Of a DNA stretch of 64,000 nucleotides, positions 24,665 to 33,565 are shown one piece after another (the first letter of the stretch is position 1; each line of letters starts with the position of its first letter). The position numbers and the translations under genes were made by a program. This DNA is from Cyanobacteria bacterium SZAS-4 (GTDB lineage: Bacteria > Cyanobacteriota > Vampirovibrionia > Obscuribacterales > Obscuribacteraceae), in contig JAFEAT010000010.1 of assembly GCA_018266255.1 (NCBI GenBank), positions 394,842 to 458,841 of the forward strand. Direction: 5' to 3'. The notes beneath the pieces are model-generated. The model was given only the letters and a program-made list of their open reading frames with translations. It was not told where the DNA came from and did not search any database.

Positions 24665-27105
24665 ACAGCGGCAGAGATGCTGCTCTGAAAGCTTTGGCGG
24701 CGGCATTATTGCTGGTCTCTTCCAGTTTGCCTCCGGCGCTCTCGCAAGATTCGGCAGGCACATCCTCAGCCACTGCTGCTGCTTCGGCTAAGCCAGGCGC
24801 AGAGGAGTTGAAAGTCGATGACGTCATCAATCGCGCCCTCACTGCGTATGGTGGGCGAGATGCGCTCGCGCAGCTCGAAGCTAACTCGACTGCTTATGGA
24901 AAACAAACTTCCAGCGATTCAGGACAAACCCTAGTTTATCGATGTGAGCGGAAAGGAAACAAATGGCGCATCGATTTAGACACCGCCTCAGCCGAATCTG
25001 GCGATGCCAGTACTGATGCTGCAGCTACGGCCGCGGCGAGTCGAGCCTCAACAAGCACCGCATATGATGGCGTGAATGCCTGGCAATCGGTTGGCGGCGA
25101 AGTAACCAATCTCAGCCCTGACAAATTACTCTGGTTAGATGAGCAGCAGCAGCGCCAACCGACTTTGCTCGGCAAGTTTGGCGAGAAGGGATACACCTTT
25201 ATCTTGCTTGGTAGAACTCAGTATAAACAAATTCCAGTCTACTCAATTGAAGTTACAAAGGAAGGAACGAGTCCGACTACCTTATTCTTGGATCAAAACA
25301 ATTATCTGGTGGTTGCTAGTTCATACGATATCGATAGTATCGCCGGTGATGCGAAGGGCACGACGAAGGTTCCTGTCGCCGTCGAATATAGTGAATACAG
25401 ACCAACCGCCGGAACACTGGTGCCCTTCAAGCAAGTGCAACTGAGCAATACGAAACAAGTTTCGCAATTGGAATTGAGCAGCGTTAACACAGCCACAGCC
25501 GTCGACGAAGCCCTCTTCAATAGACCCAGCAACGGTACTGCTTACCGCGTTTCTAGACCTGTGAGCGTTCCTTTTGATTATTCGCAAAGAGAAATTGTCG
25601 TGAAGGGGCGCATCAACGGTTCTGAAGAACTGGACTTTCTTCTAGACACTGGAGCAAGTGACACCATTATCGATCGTCGTGTGGCGGCCGAGCATTACTT
25701 GACTAAGTTCGGTCAGTACGACATCGCCGCAATGTCGGGAATGGTGACAGCACGGTCTTCTTCGATCAAGCGTATGGAGCTTGGTAATTTGTTGATGAAC
25801 GATGTTCCGGCAAGAATTCTAGACCTCAGTGCGCAGTCTCGGCAGATGGGTAAAAACATTGCCGGCATCATCGGCACTAATGTGATTAGCAAGTTTCTGG
25901 TCACTTTGGATTACGCTAAACCAGCTGTGGTGTTTGCTGATATCGATTCAACTGCGCGCCCGGCAAAAGCGGCTGCTACCGCGTTTACGCAGAAGCAAGC
26001 GCCGTTTGTGAAAGTCGTATTCAACGGCAAAGACGAGCAGGTTTTGTTGTTCGATACAGGAGCGGCATTCAATCATATTCCGCCAAATGTGGCACAGAAA
26101 TATTTGGGAAGCGACCCAGCTAACGTCAGGCACAGCACAGAAGGCACCGGGCTTGATGGCCGACCATTGCAGCTTGGCACTGTTGTCGTTGACACTGTCA
26201 CCATTGGTGGACTGCCTTCTCGCAAGGTCAGCTTCACGTTTCCATCTGGTGCAGAAGCATTGAAAGCAGCAACAAAAAGTGGTGGAAGAGAGGGAGGCTT
26301 TTTTCAAGATTCTCGTCTTGGGATTTTGGGTAATCCATTCTTTCAGAATTTCATCGTCACCATCGATTACAAATTCAATCGTTTATTACTGCAACCAAAT
26401 CCGATCGTGAAGTTGCGCGCCGAGATTGAGCAAGCTTTGAACACTGGCGACGAGAAGCTGGTTGTGCGAAGGGATTTCAGGCTGGCTGAGCTTGCCTATC
26501 AGAAAGCAATGATGATCGCTGACAGTAGTCACGATGCTAAAGAGCAGGCGCGATTGTCGGGGCGTCTCGGAAATTTGCGTCGAGTCATGGCGAAGGATCT
26601 GAATCGGCCAGAGCACGCAAAAGCCGCTTACGATTATTTTGTCAGAGGGCAGGAGAAAGCGAGAAGTGTTCATGCGCAAGACGTCGAGGGACGCATTCTC
26701 GCCGACTGGAGTTTGCTTTATGTCGATAACGGACAGCTCACAGAAGCTAAGCAAACTATCGACAGAGCGTTATTGTTAGCGCCGCAAGATCCAAACGTAA
26801 ACGTCGATATTGCCGTTCATCTATATAAGCAGCGTCTCTTCCCTGAAGCGCAAAAATACATCGAAAAGGCTCTCTTCCTCGATCCTAACAACTGGCAAGC
26901 GCTGTGGTATCAAGTCAAGTTGAGCGAAAACTTTTACGATACGGCGCGCGTGGTGGCAACTCTAAAAGAGATTTTGCGGTTTTATCCGTGGAGCAAAACA
27001 GCAAGCGATAAGTTGCGAAGTTTGACCAATTCCGGTGCCGCCGCTGCTGCATCTCCTTCATCGCCTTCGCCTGTGCAGCGTAATGTAGTCATTCCTGGTC
27101 ATTGA
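24637..27105 (+). CDS. Secreted protein: LolA-like N-domain, two retropepsin-like aspartic protease lobes, C-terminal TPR repeats
   Basis: The maximal ORF starts at GTG 24574, inside kdsA. GTG 24637 gives a classic signal peptide (MFRSRSRKIDSGRDAALKALAAALLLVSSSLPPALS). Two D-T-G-A motifs are present (FLLDTGASDTIID and LLFDTGAAFNHI). TPR-like helices fill the last ~230 aa. Confidence 0.75.
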   Translation: MFRSRSRKIDSGRDAALKALAAALLLVSSSLPPALSQDSAGTSSATAAASAKPGAEELKVDDVINRALTAYGGRDALAQLEANSTAYGKQTSSDSGQTLVYRCERKGNKWRIDLDTASAESGDASTDAAATAAASRASTSTAYDGVNAWQSVGGEVTNLSPDKLLWLDEQQQRQPTLLGKFGEKGYTFILLGRTQYKQIPVYSIEVTKEGTSPTTLFLDQNNYLVVASSYDIDSIAGDAKGTTKVPVAVEYSEYRPTAGTLVPFKQVQLSNTKQVSQLELSSVNTATAVDEALFNRPSNGTAYRVSRPVSVPFDYSQREIVVKGRINGSEELDFLLDTGASDTIIDRRVAAEHYLTKFGQYDIAAMSGMVTARSSSIKRMELGNLLMNDVPARILDLSAQSRQMGKNIAGIIGTNVISKFLVTLDYAKPAVVFADIDSTARPAKAAATAFTQKQAPFVKVVFNGKDEQVLLFDTGAAFNHIPPNVAQKYLGSDPANVRHSTEGTGLDGRPLQLGTVVVDTVTIGGLPSRKVSFTFPSGAEALKAATKSGGREGGFFQDSRLGILGNPFFQNFIVTIDYKFNRLLLQPNPIVKLRAEIEQALNTGDEKLVVRRDFRLAELAYQKAMMIADSSHDAKEQARLSGRLGNLRRVMAKDLNRPEHAKAAYDYFVRGQEKARSVHAQDVEGRILADWSLLYVDNGQLTEAKQTIDRALLLAPQDPNVNVDIAVHLYKQRLFPEAQKYIEKALFLDPNNWQALWYQVKLSENFYDTARVVATLKEILRFYPWSKTASDKLRSLTNSGAAAAASPSSPSPVQRNVVIPGH

Positions 27106-27488
27106 TGTTCAAATCGTTCTGGTTGTTTTTAGGCGTGAGAGGAAGACCATCGCGGGCAAAGGAGCGCGCAGAAAAGCTGCTCCGCACAGCGCCGAGACAA
27201 AGTCTGCTGTCAGTGCAAGCTACCGCCAAATCGATTTTGCAGGAATTGGTTTCAGAAAATTTGGTCCTGGAGAACGCCGCCGACCACAACGAGCGCGCTC
27301 ACGCTTACAGGCTGCTGGGCGATTTGCGAGTCAAGCAAATGAATTTTGCTGACGCCGAAAAACATTATCAGGCCGCCATCGACAGTTATAACGATGCGCT
27401 CAATCTCGAAGCCGATAATAGGACCGCAATTTCGAACAAGTTCAAAACGGTTGAAGCGATGGAAGAGCTGAAACGCACACGCTTTTAG
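27105..27488 (+). CDS. Small TPR-like protein, translationally coupled to the preceding gene
   Basis: The ATG overlaps the upstream TGA (TGATG at 27103-27107). It contains the TPR-like HAYRLLGDLRVKQMNFADAEKHYQAAIDSYNDALNLEADN. Confidence 0.6.
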   Translation: MFKSFWLFLGVRGRPSRAKERAEKLLRTAPRQSLLSVQATAKSILQELVSENLVLENAADHNERAHAYRLLGDLRVKQMNFADAEKHYQAAIDSYNDALNLEADNRTAISNKFKTVEAMEELKRTRF

Positions 27489-27685
27489 CTGTTACAACGC
27501 CCTGGTCGACTTAAGGTACAAATTAGACCCAGTTGCCCGTTAATATCTAATTGTTCCCCCGAATTAACCCCCCGTAAGTCTAACGAGCGAAGCCGAAACA
27601 CTGGCTTGCTTGTGCAGCACTGGCATGGCATTTGTCGTTCACGTGCAACTGCGTTAGAACGCCGATTTTTATTGAGGTGTGTGGC

Positions 27686-30600
27686 GTGCCCCCCACTGAT
27701 AAACCCACAGATAAACCAGCTCCAGAAGCTCCGAGCTTTCCCACCGTTAAAGTTCTGGATGAAATGCAGAAGACTCAGCGCGACCAGACTTCAACTGGAT
27801 CGAGCAAAGAAGAGAAGGGAGCGGGCGAAGAATCGGTGGGGCAATTTAGATTGTTGCTCAATAGAGCTGACAACGGACTCCAGCTGCCTGACCTGAAACT
27901 TGTTCACGGAAAAAAGGAAGGCGGATTTGAGTTAGTAAATCTCAAAGCACCACCCAGAGAACAACCAAAGGCGGAGCCGGGACCAGAAATTCGCTCTGAG
28001 AATGGTCATGTCAGCCGCGTCAACACCGCCCACAACGGCTCTTTCGAAGTGTCCAGCGATGGACACATTCGTCACAAATACAACGGTCGCACTGAGACGA
28101 TCACAGGCAAGCTCGGCGCTGACGATAAGGGGAATGCCTATCTCTATCACGCTGACACGCAAGTCACAGAAGTCTTTAATGCCAACGGCACGACAAGCAA
28201 GCTTTACATGCGCGACTCGCAATACACACAGGAACCCACAATCGGTAGCTTCGATCGGCAAGATCTGCGAGGAGATTTACGACTAGAACTACGACGTGAG
28301 CAACGCCAGAACCCGTTGTTGTCTTATGCTGAAAAATTTGAATCAGTGCGAGAAGAGTCAGACGGTTCAAAAATCATTACCGACTCGAACGGTGAGCGCA
28401 AAGCCATCGAGCAGCAAAACGGCAACGTCTTGCTTTTCAAAGACGGTAAGCTCACTTCGATAACGACTATAGAAGGCACTCTCGAAACTCATGATGGTGG
28501 CAGAACATGGCGCTACGGTGAAACTCCACTTCTTGTGATCGGCGGAGACAACCCGCTCTTGAAACCACAAACTCACTGGCGCCCAGTGCAGGCGCACGTT
28601 GAAGCCGACATTAAGGGGAATGTCGACATAAGTTTTGATAATGGACACCAGCTCCGCCTCAATGCTGATGGCACATCTGAATGGCTGGATGTAAACGGAG
28701 TGCGATGCGTCAACAACTCTGGCGGCAAGCCTGTGCACAAAGAGTTTCCTAACGGAGCGGTAGAAAAATACGAGTACGATCGCGGTTATGAATTCAGAGG
28801 CAATAAAATTGTTGAAAAATTCGACCTGGTCAGCAAGACGCTCACTCCTGGTGAATCATCAGTAGCACTCGATTACAACGGTAATCCTGCTCGTGTCACT
28901 TATCCAAACGGGGAGTTCCGCGACCTTCAAAGCGATAGCAAAGGCAATGCCACCATTACTGATACCGATGGTCATAAGTACAAAGGCACTGTCGAAAAAG
29001 ACGGCACTTTGCATTTCTCGCTCACTCGCGAAAATCAGACTCTCGACTACACGATAAAGCCAGACGGCACCTATGTTGCCACAGGCAAACAGCAAGACGG
29101 GAAGCCTTTCGAGGTGAAAGGTCTGTTCGATAAACCAACCGAAATTACTAATGCTCGCGGCTTGACCCAAATAACATATGACAAAAAAGGAGATGTGCAG
29201 GACGTCACTTGCAACGGTGAAACGATTCGAGCAGGCATCGGACCGTTTGCCGTTCAGACCAATCGCAATGGAGATGTTGCCGTCGCAAACAAGACTGCCA
29301 GCTACATCTTCAAAAATGATGGTACTGGGAGCAGTAAAGGCATAGAGCGAAATTCTACTGTCGAGAAATTGAATGCCAGCGAAAGCCAGGAAAAGTTCTC
29401 AACTTTAGCCGATTTGAACAAGCGCCTTGCCATTCGCAACGAAGACAGTAAATTTGCTAAACCCTGGAACTGGACATCGAGCACAGTCGATGATCTTCGC
29501 GGAGTGATGTCGCCGTCTGTTGCGCTGTCATTGCGTTCAGCAGCAGATGGCATGCCACCGCGCCTGAGAGAGGAAACTCTCGCCCAGGAGCTTCAGTCGA
29601 TTCAGAGCGGTAACCCTGCTGAGCGCTTGAACAGCGTGCAGATGATCGGAGCGTTGGGTCACTACGCTGGCGAAGAGCACGTCAAGGCGCTTGCACAGTT
29701 CCAGGGCGAGACCGGCAAATACAAGTTAGTTGAATCGGGCATGACCGACAAACAGGCAGAGCAATTTCAGCGTCTAGCAGGTCAAGCTCTATTGCGCATT
29801 GCCGACTCCGATAAAGGTGTAAGCGTTTCGCTCGACCATGCCTCCGCTGTGTTGCGCAGTGATGCTCTAGTGCGTGTACCTGGCGATGACAGAGCAGCAG
29901 TTGCAGCCATCGATGCACTCAAGCAAAGCTGGCCGGGTTTGGAAAACGAGCAGACTCGCTCTGCTTTGGTCAGTTATGCAGAAGGAGACATCGTCGAGTT
30001 CAGCAAGAGTGCCGAAGCTCAAAATATAGCTTATGAAGTCGGCATGACACCACCGCTTGCCGAGACATTTCGCACAATGGGAGTGCCAGGCAGCGCTGAG
30101 GAGTTGATGGAAAAGGCACAACAGGCATCACAAAACTACGGCAAAGCCACAGTGGAAAATGTGCTGAGCAATGTCGCTCGCATCAATTCACTAACGCCTG
30201 CGTTGAGACAGGAACTTACCGGTGCCGCCCACGAGTTGAATCCGCTGCAAGTAGTTGGTCAGCTGGAAACCAAAGGCATCGATAACAGCACGCCAACTGG
30301 AAAAGCCCTTCTGTCGAACATGAACGAGTGGCTGACAGCGAAAGAAAAAAGTATCAGCGACAGCATGCGATCGACTGAAAGCGATCTCAGGCTCGAGCAG
30401 TCAGAGTTGAAACGTACATTGAAAGACCTCGACCATCACACAAAAGAAAACGCAGTCTCTCTGTGGCAGAGACTGAAGTACTGTGCCACTTTCACCGGTG
30501 ACATCGACAAATTCGCATCAGAGCAAAGCAAGTTCTGCGCTCAAATTCCAAAACATCAAGCAGATCGGCAGCAGACCATGCAGCAGATGAGCGCGCTGGT

Positions 30601-33334
30601 AATGGACCGTGAGTCCTTAAAACTGGCCGAGCGTGTCGGTTATCAATTCGAATCAACCTACAGAGACGAAAAGCTCGCCGACATGCAAGCACTGGCAGTG
30701 GTGGCAGATACACCCAAGCAAGTATTGCACGACATCGGCAAATCTGTCCTCACGAGTGCAGAGGAATCAATGGCTCGCTTGCATGAAGTTCACAACGCGC
30801 AACTCTCGTCGATACCGACATTCAACCCCAAAGACTTTAACAGCAGTTTGGATTTCATCGCCGGCCTGCATTCGGAAAATGCAGAAGGTCTTCGCCAGTC
30901 TGATCGAACAGCTTTGCAGAAGCTCGCTCTGGACGCAATCGACGCAGATCCGACGATGAAAAAATTCCAGTTCGCTGCTGCTCAAATTGCCGAGCACGGT
31001 TCGACTTTCCACTCTCTTTTTGAAACAGGATTGGGCGGCACTCGCTATGAAGATTTCGTCAAACTGGCTAAGAAGGAGGCCGGTGCCATCGATAGTGCAC
31101 TGAATTCCATCACGGCCGAAGACATACGAGTGATGAACAATCACATTCAAGACATCGATAAGGCGCTGGCGAAAATGGATCCCAATGCCGAGCCTGAAGC
31201 ATTCAAAGCTTTGCAAGATAAGGCAGAAGCCTTACACAAGATGCTCGAAATCGTCGATCCAAATTCCAGGCAGAACAATCAGCTCAAAGACGCTCTTAAC
31301 ACAGTGCTTCGTTCTGACAAATTCGATGAGAGCACATTTTCTAACTGGATAGTAAAAGATGGACCCGTTGTCTTGGCCTCAGTTGCGGCAGCAACGGCAG
31401 TAATTGTTGCCACCGCCGGCACTGGCGCTCCTGTAGCGCTGACAATCTTTGGAATGCTGGCCGCACCAGCCGCTGGTATGGCTGCTGCAGAGGTTGTTCA
31501 GGATATTGAATATGGACTGGGCGCAAGAAAGGACAGTGGTCTTGCTCTTGATTGGGCTAGAGGCAAGGAAGTTTACGATAATGAGACAGGCAAATTCCGC
31601 CAAACAGAATTCATAAATGATGTCGCGGCTACCTATGGCAAACAGTACGCTCGAGATCTGGCAATCACAGTCGCCACCTTAGGACTCGGGAAAGGGCTGT
31701 CCGCCGCGGTAAACTCGACCGGTGGTCCGCAAGCGTTGACCAGACTGCTGGCGGCTAATCGCACAGCCTTGTCTCGCACCGCCACAGCAATGGAAGAAAT
31801 TGAGTCTGCTGTGAGCAAGCAAGTCGTTAAGCAATCTTTCGCTCGCGAGTTCAGCAGACAATTTTTGCAAATGTCAGGCATGGGGGCAACCCAAGCTCTC
31901 GGCGAAGACTCGTTGAATTCTTTGTTGAAAGGCGAGAGTCAAATTCTTATTCCAGTTTTGGTCGGCACGTTATTGACTGCAGCGCACGGAGTGAACTTCC
32001 ACCCAAATGCACGCAACACGCGTGTCAAAGTCGACATGGACCCAAGTGCACCAGAGTTTGCCAACTTTAAGGAGTTTGTCAAACAGCATCAGGAAAACTT
32101 GCGCAGAGATGGAAATGTCGTGGAGCCGCTGGGAAACGGTAGTTACAAGGTCAAGCAATGGAACGGCAAAGAAGTTACATTCGAGCTATCTGAGAACGTA
32201 GCCAGAGCGTTGACTCATTTTGAAAACGCTCAGTCCCTCGATCTTCAACTGAACGAAACATTTGCACGAGCAAAAGTTGTGGACTCGACAGGCGTCGTTT
32301 CGGGCAATGGCACAGTTGAAGTATTTGGCAATTCAAACGTTGAATTGTCTGCTCCTGCCGGTCAGACTCTTAGAGTTGTGGTTCAAGAAGGAACACCTCA
32401 GCTCCGCGTTGCCGAGGGCAACCAGGGGCGGATCGAGTTTGTCAATCACACTACAAACAAGACCCTCAGCGATCAATTCAAAGATGCCGCAGGTAATCCG
32501 GCTAAAAATGTGCATGTGCTTAGTCCGCTGACTGAGATTCTAACGCCGAAGCAAATCGAACGCGTTCTCGAAGTGCAGGAACTACAAGATGCTCTTCCGA
32601 AAGGAAAATTGTCAGAACACCTCAATGCGAATATTGAGGCTCTGCCTGAATCTCAGAGAGCCGAGGCGATCGCGCTGCGCGACGCAGCAAAGGTCAAATT
32701 TGACGAAATTGTTGAAAAAGTCTATGGCGACGGTGCAGCCAAGAAAGAGAAGATTCTGCACATTGTAGTCGGACCGCCCGGTGCCGGTAAGTCGAGCATT
32801 CTCGTCGATCCGCTGTCTAAAAAGCACGGTGCATTTGTAGTGGACTCCGATCATATCAAGCCGCTTCTCGATGGTTACGAGAAAGGTCTTGGTACAAATG
32901 CTGTTCACGCTGATTCCGCTTACATCGGAAACCTCGTTTTGGACAAAGCATTTGCTAATGGTGACAACATTGTCTATCCACAACTTGGGCGTACCAAAGC
33001 CAACTTGGAGGCGCTAATTGCGCGCGCCAAAGAGAAAGGCTATAAGATCGGTCTCCATCTCGCGGATCTTCCACCTGATGAATCGGCACGGAGAGTCTTC
33101 AACCGCAGTGAGCAGGCCCCTGATGCGCGTGGTATCAGGCAGATGGTCGATCCAGAATTTGCTCTCACCACTGTCGGACGCAATCCTGCGCTAGTGTTTG
33201 AGGAAACGATCGCCAAGCCGGAAATGGTCGATGAGTATTCTCACTATGACACCAACGTGCCATATGAACAGAAAGCGAAGTTGGTCAAATCCTCCCACAC
33301 GCCACCATGGACGCCACCAACAAAGAACCCTTGA
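27686..33334 (+). CDS. Giant modular protein ending in a zeta-toxin-like P-loop kinase domain (maximal ORF 27632-33334, 1,900 aa)
   Basis: Single uninterrupted 5.7-kb ORF. GTG 27686 is preceded by GAGG (27674-27677). The N-terminus is Pro-rich and signal-less, followed by YD-like beta repeats (e.g. ALDYNGNPARVTYPNGEF) and a long helical region. Hydrophobic segments lie at 31367-31489, 31658-31712 and 31940-31990. The C-terminal domain has Walker A GPPGAGKS (32771-32794) and VVDSDH 18-20 residues after the Walker Lys (32843-32851). Confidence 0.8.
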   Translation: MPPTDKPTDKPAPEAPSFPTVKVLDEMQKTQRDQTSTGSSKEEKGAGEESVGQFRLLLNRADNGLQLPDLKLVHGKKEGGFELVNLKAPPREQPKAEPGPEIRSENGHVSRVNTAHNGSFEVSSDGHIRHKYNGRTETITGKLGADDKGNAYLYHADTQVTEVFNANGTTSKLYMRDSQYTQEPTIGSFDRQDLRGDLRLELRREQRQNPLLSYAEKFESVREESDGSKIITDSNGERKAIEQQNGNVLLFKDGKLTSITTIEGTLETHDGGRTWRYGETPLLVIGGDNPLLKPQTHWRPVQAHVEADIKGNVDISFDNGHQLRLNADGTSEWLDVNGVRCVNNSGGKPVHKEFPNGAVEKYEYDRGYEFRGNKIVEKFDLVSKTLTPGESSVALDYNGNPARVTYPNGEFRDLQSDSKGNATITDTDGHKYKGTVEKDGTLHFSLTRENQTLDYTIKPDGTYVATGKQQDGKPFEVKGLFDKPTEITNARGLTQITYDKKGDVQDVTCNGETIRAGIGPFAVQTNRNGDVAVANKTASYIFKNDGTGSSKGIERNSTVEKLNASESQEKFSTLADLNKRLAIRNEDSKFAKPWNWTSSTVDDLRGVMSPSVALSLRSAADGMPPRLREETLAQELQSIQSGNPAERLNSVQMIGALGHYAGEEHVKALAQFQGETGKYKLVESGMTDKQAEQFQRLAGQALLRIADSDKGVSVSLDHASAVLRSDALVRVPGDDRAAVAAIDALKQSWPGLENEQTRSALVSYAEGDIVEFSKSAEAQNIAYEVGMTPPLAETFRTMGVPGSAEELMEKAQQASQNYGKATVENVLSNVARINSLTPALRQELTGAAHELNPLQVVGQLETKGIDNSTPTGKALLSNMNEWLTAKEKSISDSMRSTESDLRLEQSELKRTLKDLDHHTKENAVSLWQRLKYCATFTGDIDKFASEQSKFCAQIPKHQADRQQTMQQMSALVMDRESLKLAERVGYQFESTYRDEKLADMQALAVVADTPKQVLHDIGKSVLTSAEESMARLHEVHNAQLSSIPTFNPKDFNSSLDFIAGLHSENAEGLRQSDRTALQKLALDAIDADPTMKKFQFAAAQIAEHGSTFHSLFETGLGGTRYEDFVKLAKKEAGAIDSALNSITAEDIRVMNNHIQDIDKALAKMDPNAEPEAFKALQDKAEALHKMLEIVDPNSRQNNQLKDALNTVLRSDKFDESTFSNWIVKDGPVVLASVAAATAVIVATAGTGAPVALTIFGMLAAPAAGMAAAEVVQDIEYGLGARKDSGLALDWARGKEVYDNETGKFRQTEFINDVAATYGKQYARDLAITVATLGLGKGLSAAVNSTGGPQALTRLLAANRTALSRTATAMEEIESAVSKQVVKQSFAREFSRQFLQMSGMGATQALGEDSLNSLLKGESQILIPVLVGTLLTAAHGVNFHPNARNTRVKVDMDPSAPEFANFKEFVKQHQENLRRDGNVVEPLGNGSYKVKQWNGKEVTFELSENVARALTHFENAQSLDLQLNETFARAKVVDSTGVVSGNGTVEVFGNSNVELSAPAGQTLRVVVQEGTPQLRVAEGNQGRIEFVNHTTNKTLSDQFKDAAGNPAKNVHVLSPLTEILTPKQIERVLEVQELQDALPKGKLSEHLNANIEALPESQRAEAIALRDAAKVKFDEIVEKVYGDGAAKKEKILHIVVGPPGAGKSSILVDPLSKKHGAFVVDSDHIKPLLDGYEKGLGTNAVHADSAYIGNLVLDKAFANGDNIVYPQLGRTKANLEALIARAKEKGYKIGLHLADLPPDESARRVFNRSEQAPDARGIRQMVDPEFALTTVGRNPALVFEETIAKPEMVDEYSHYDTNVPYEQKAKLVKSSHTPPWTPPTKNP

Positions 33335-33338
33335 TCGG

Positions 33339-33530
33339 TCAAGAAGACTTTTTTTCTTTCTTGTCAAACGCCTTGAGCGCTTCTGCTTCTGCTGCAGTGG
33401 GGTCGAACATGACCCTACCGGCTTCTGTGATAATCAAATCACTACGTTTGTAGCCGTTCTTAATCATCTGAGCTATTTTTGCTTCGATGCGAGCTTGCTT
33501 CTCTTCTTCAGATTCATCAGGTTGAGTCAT
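33339..33530 (-). CDS. Small charged helical protein, downstream partner of the phosphatase gene
   Basis: 63 aa. A strong SD (GAGGAGG) lies 6 nt upstream of the ATG, which is 35 nt downstream of the phosphatase stop on the same strand. Its stop is only 4 nt from the stop of the convergent giant gene. Confidence 0.6.
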   Translation of the reverse strand: MTQPDESEEEKQARIEAKIAQMIKNGYKRSDLIITEAGRVMFDPTAAEAEALKAFDKKEKKSS

Positions 33531-33565
33531 GAGTTGCCTCCTCGATTAATCCAGTAAAGACAATG

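Noticed and set aside
17746-33334. Calling the 749-aa and 1,900-aa proteins canonical Rhs/YD-shell toxins
   Set aside because: Only scattered YD-like units are visible. I could not find the Rhs core-terminating PxxxxDPxGL motif, an RHS-associated core domain, or PAAR/VgrG or other secretion-system genes in the window.
33339-33530. 63-aa ORF as the antitoxin for the zeta-like domain
   Set aside because: It is on the opposite strand, downstream rather than upstream, and is positioned as the second gene of the phosphatase transcript. It has no resemblance to epsilon/PezA that I can see. It is left open only as an experiment in the phosphatase finding.
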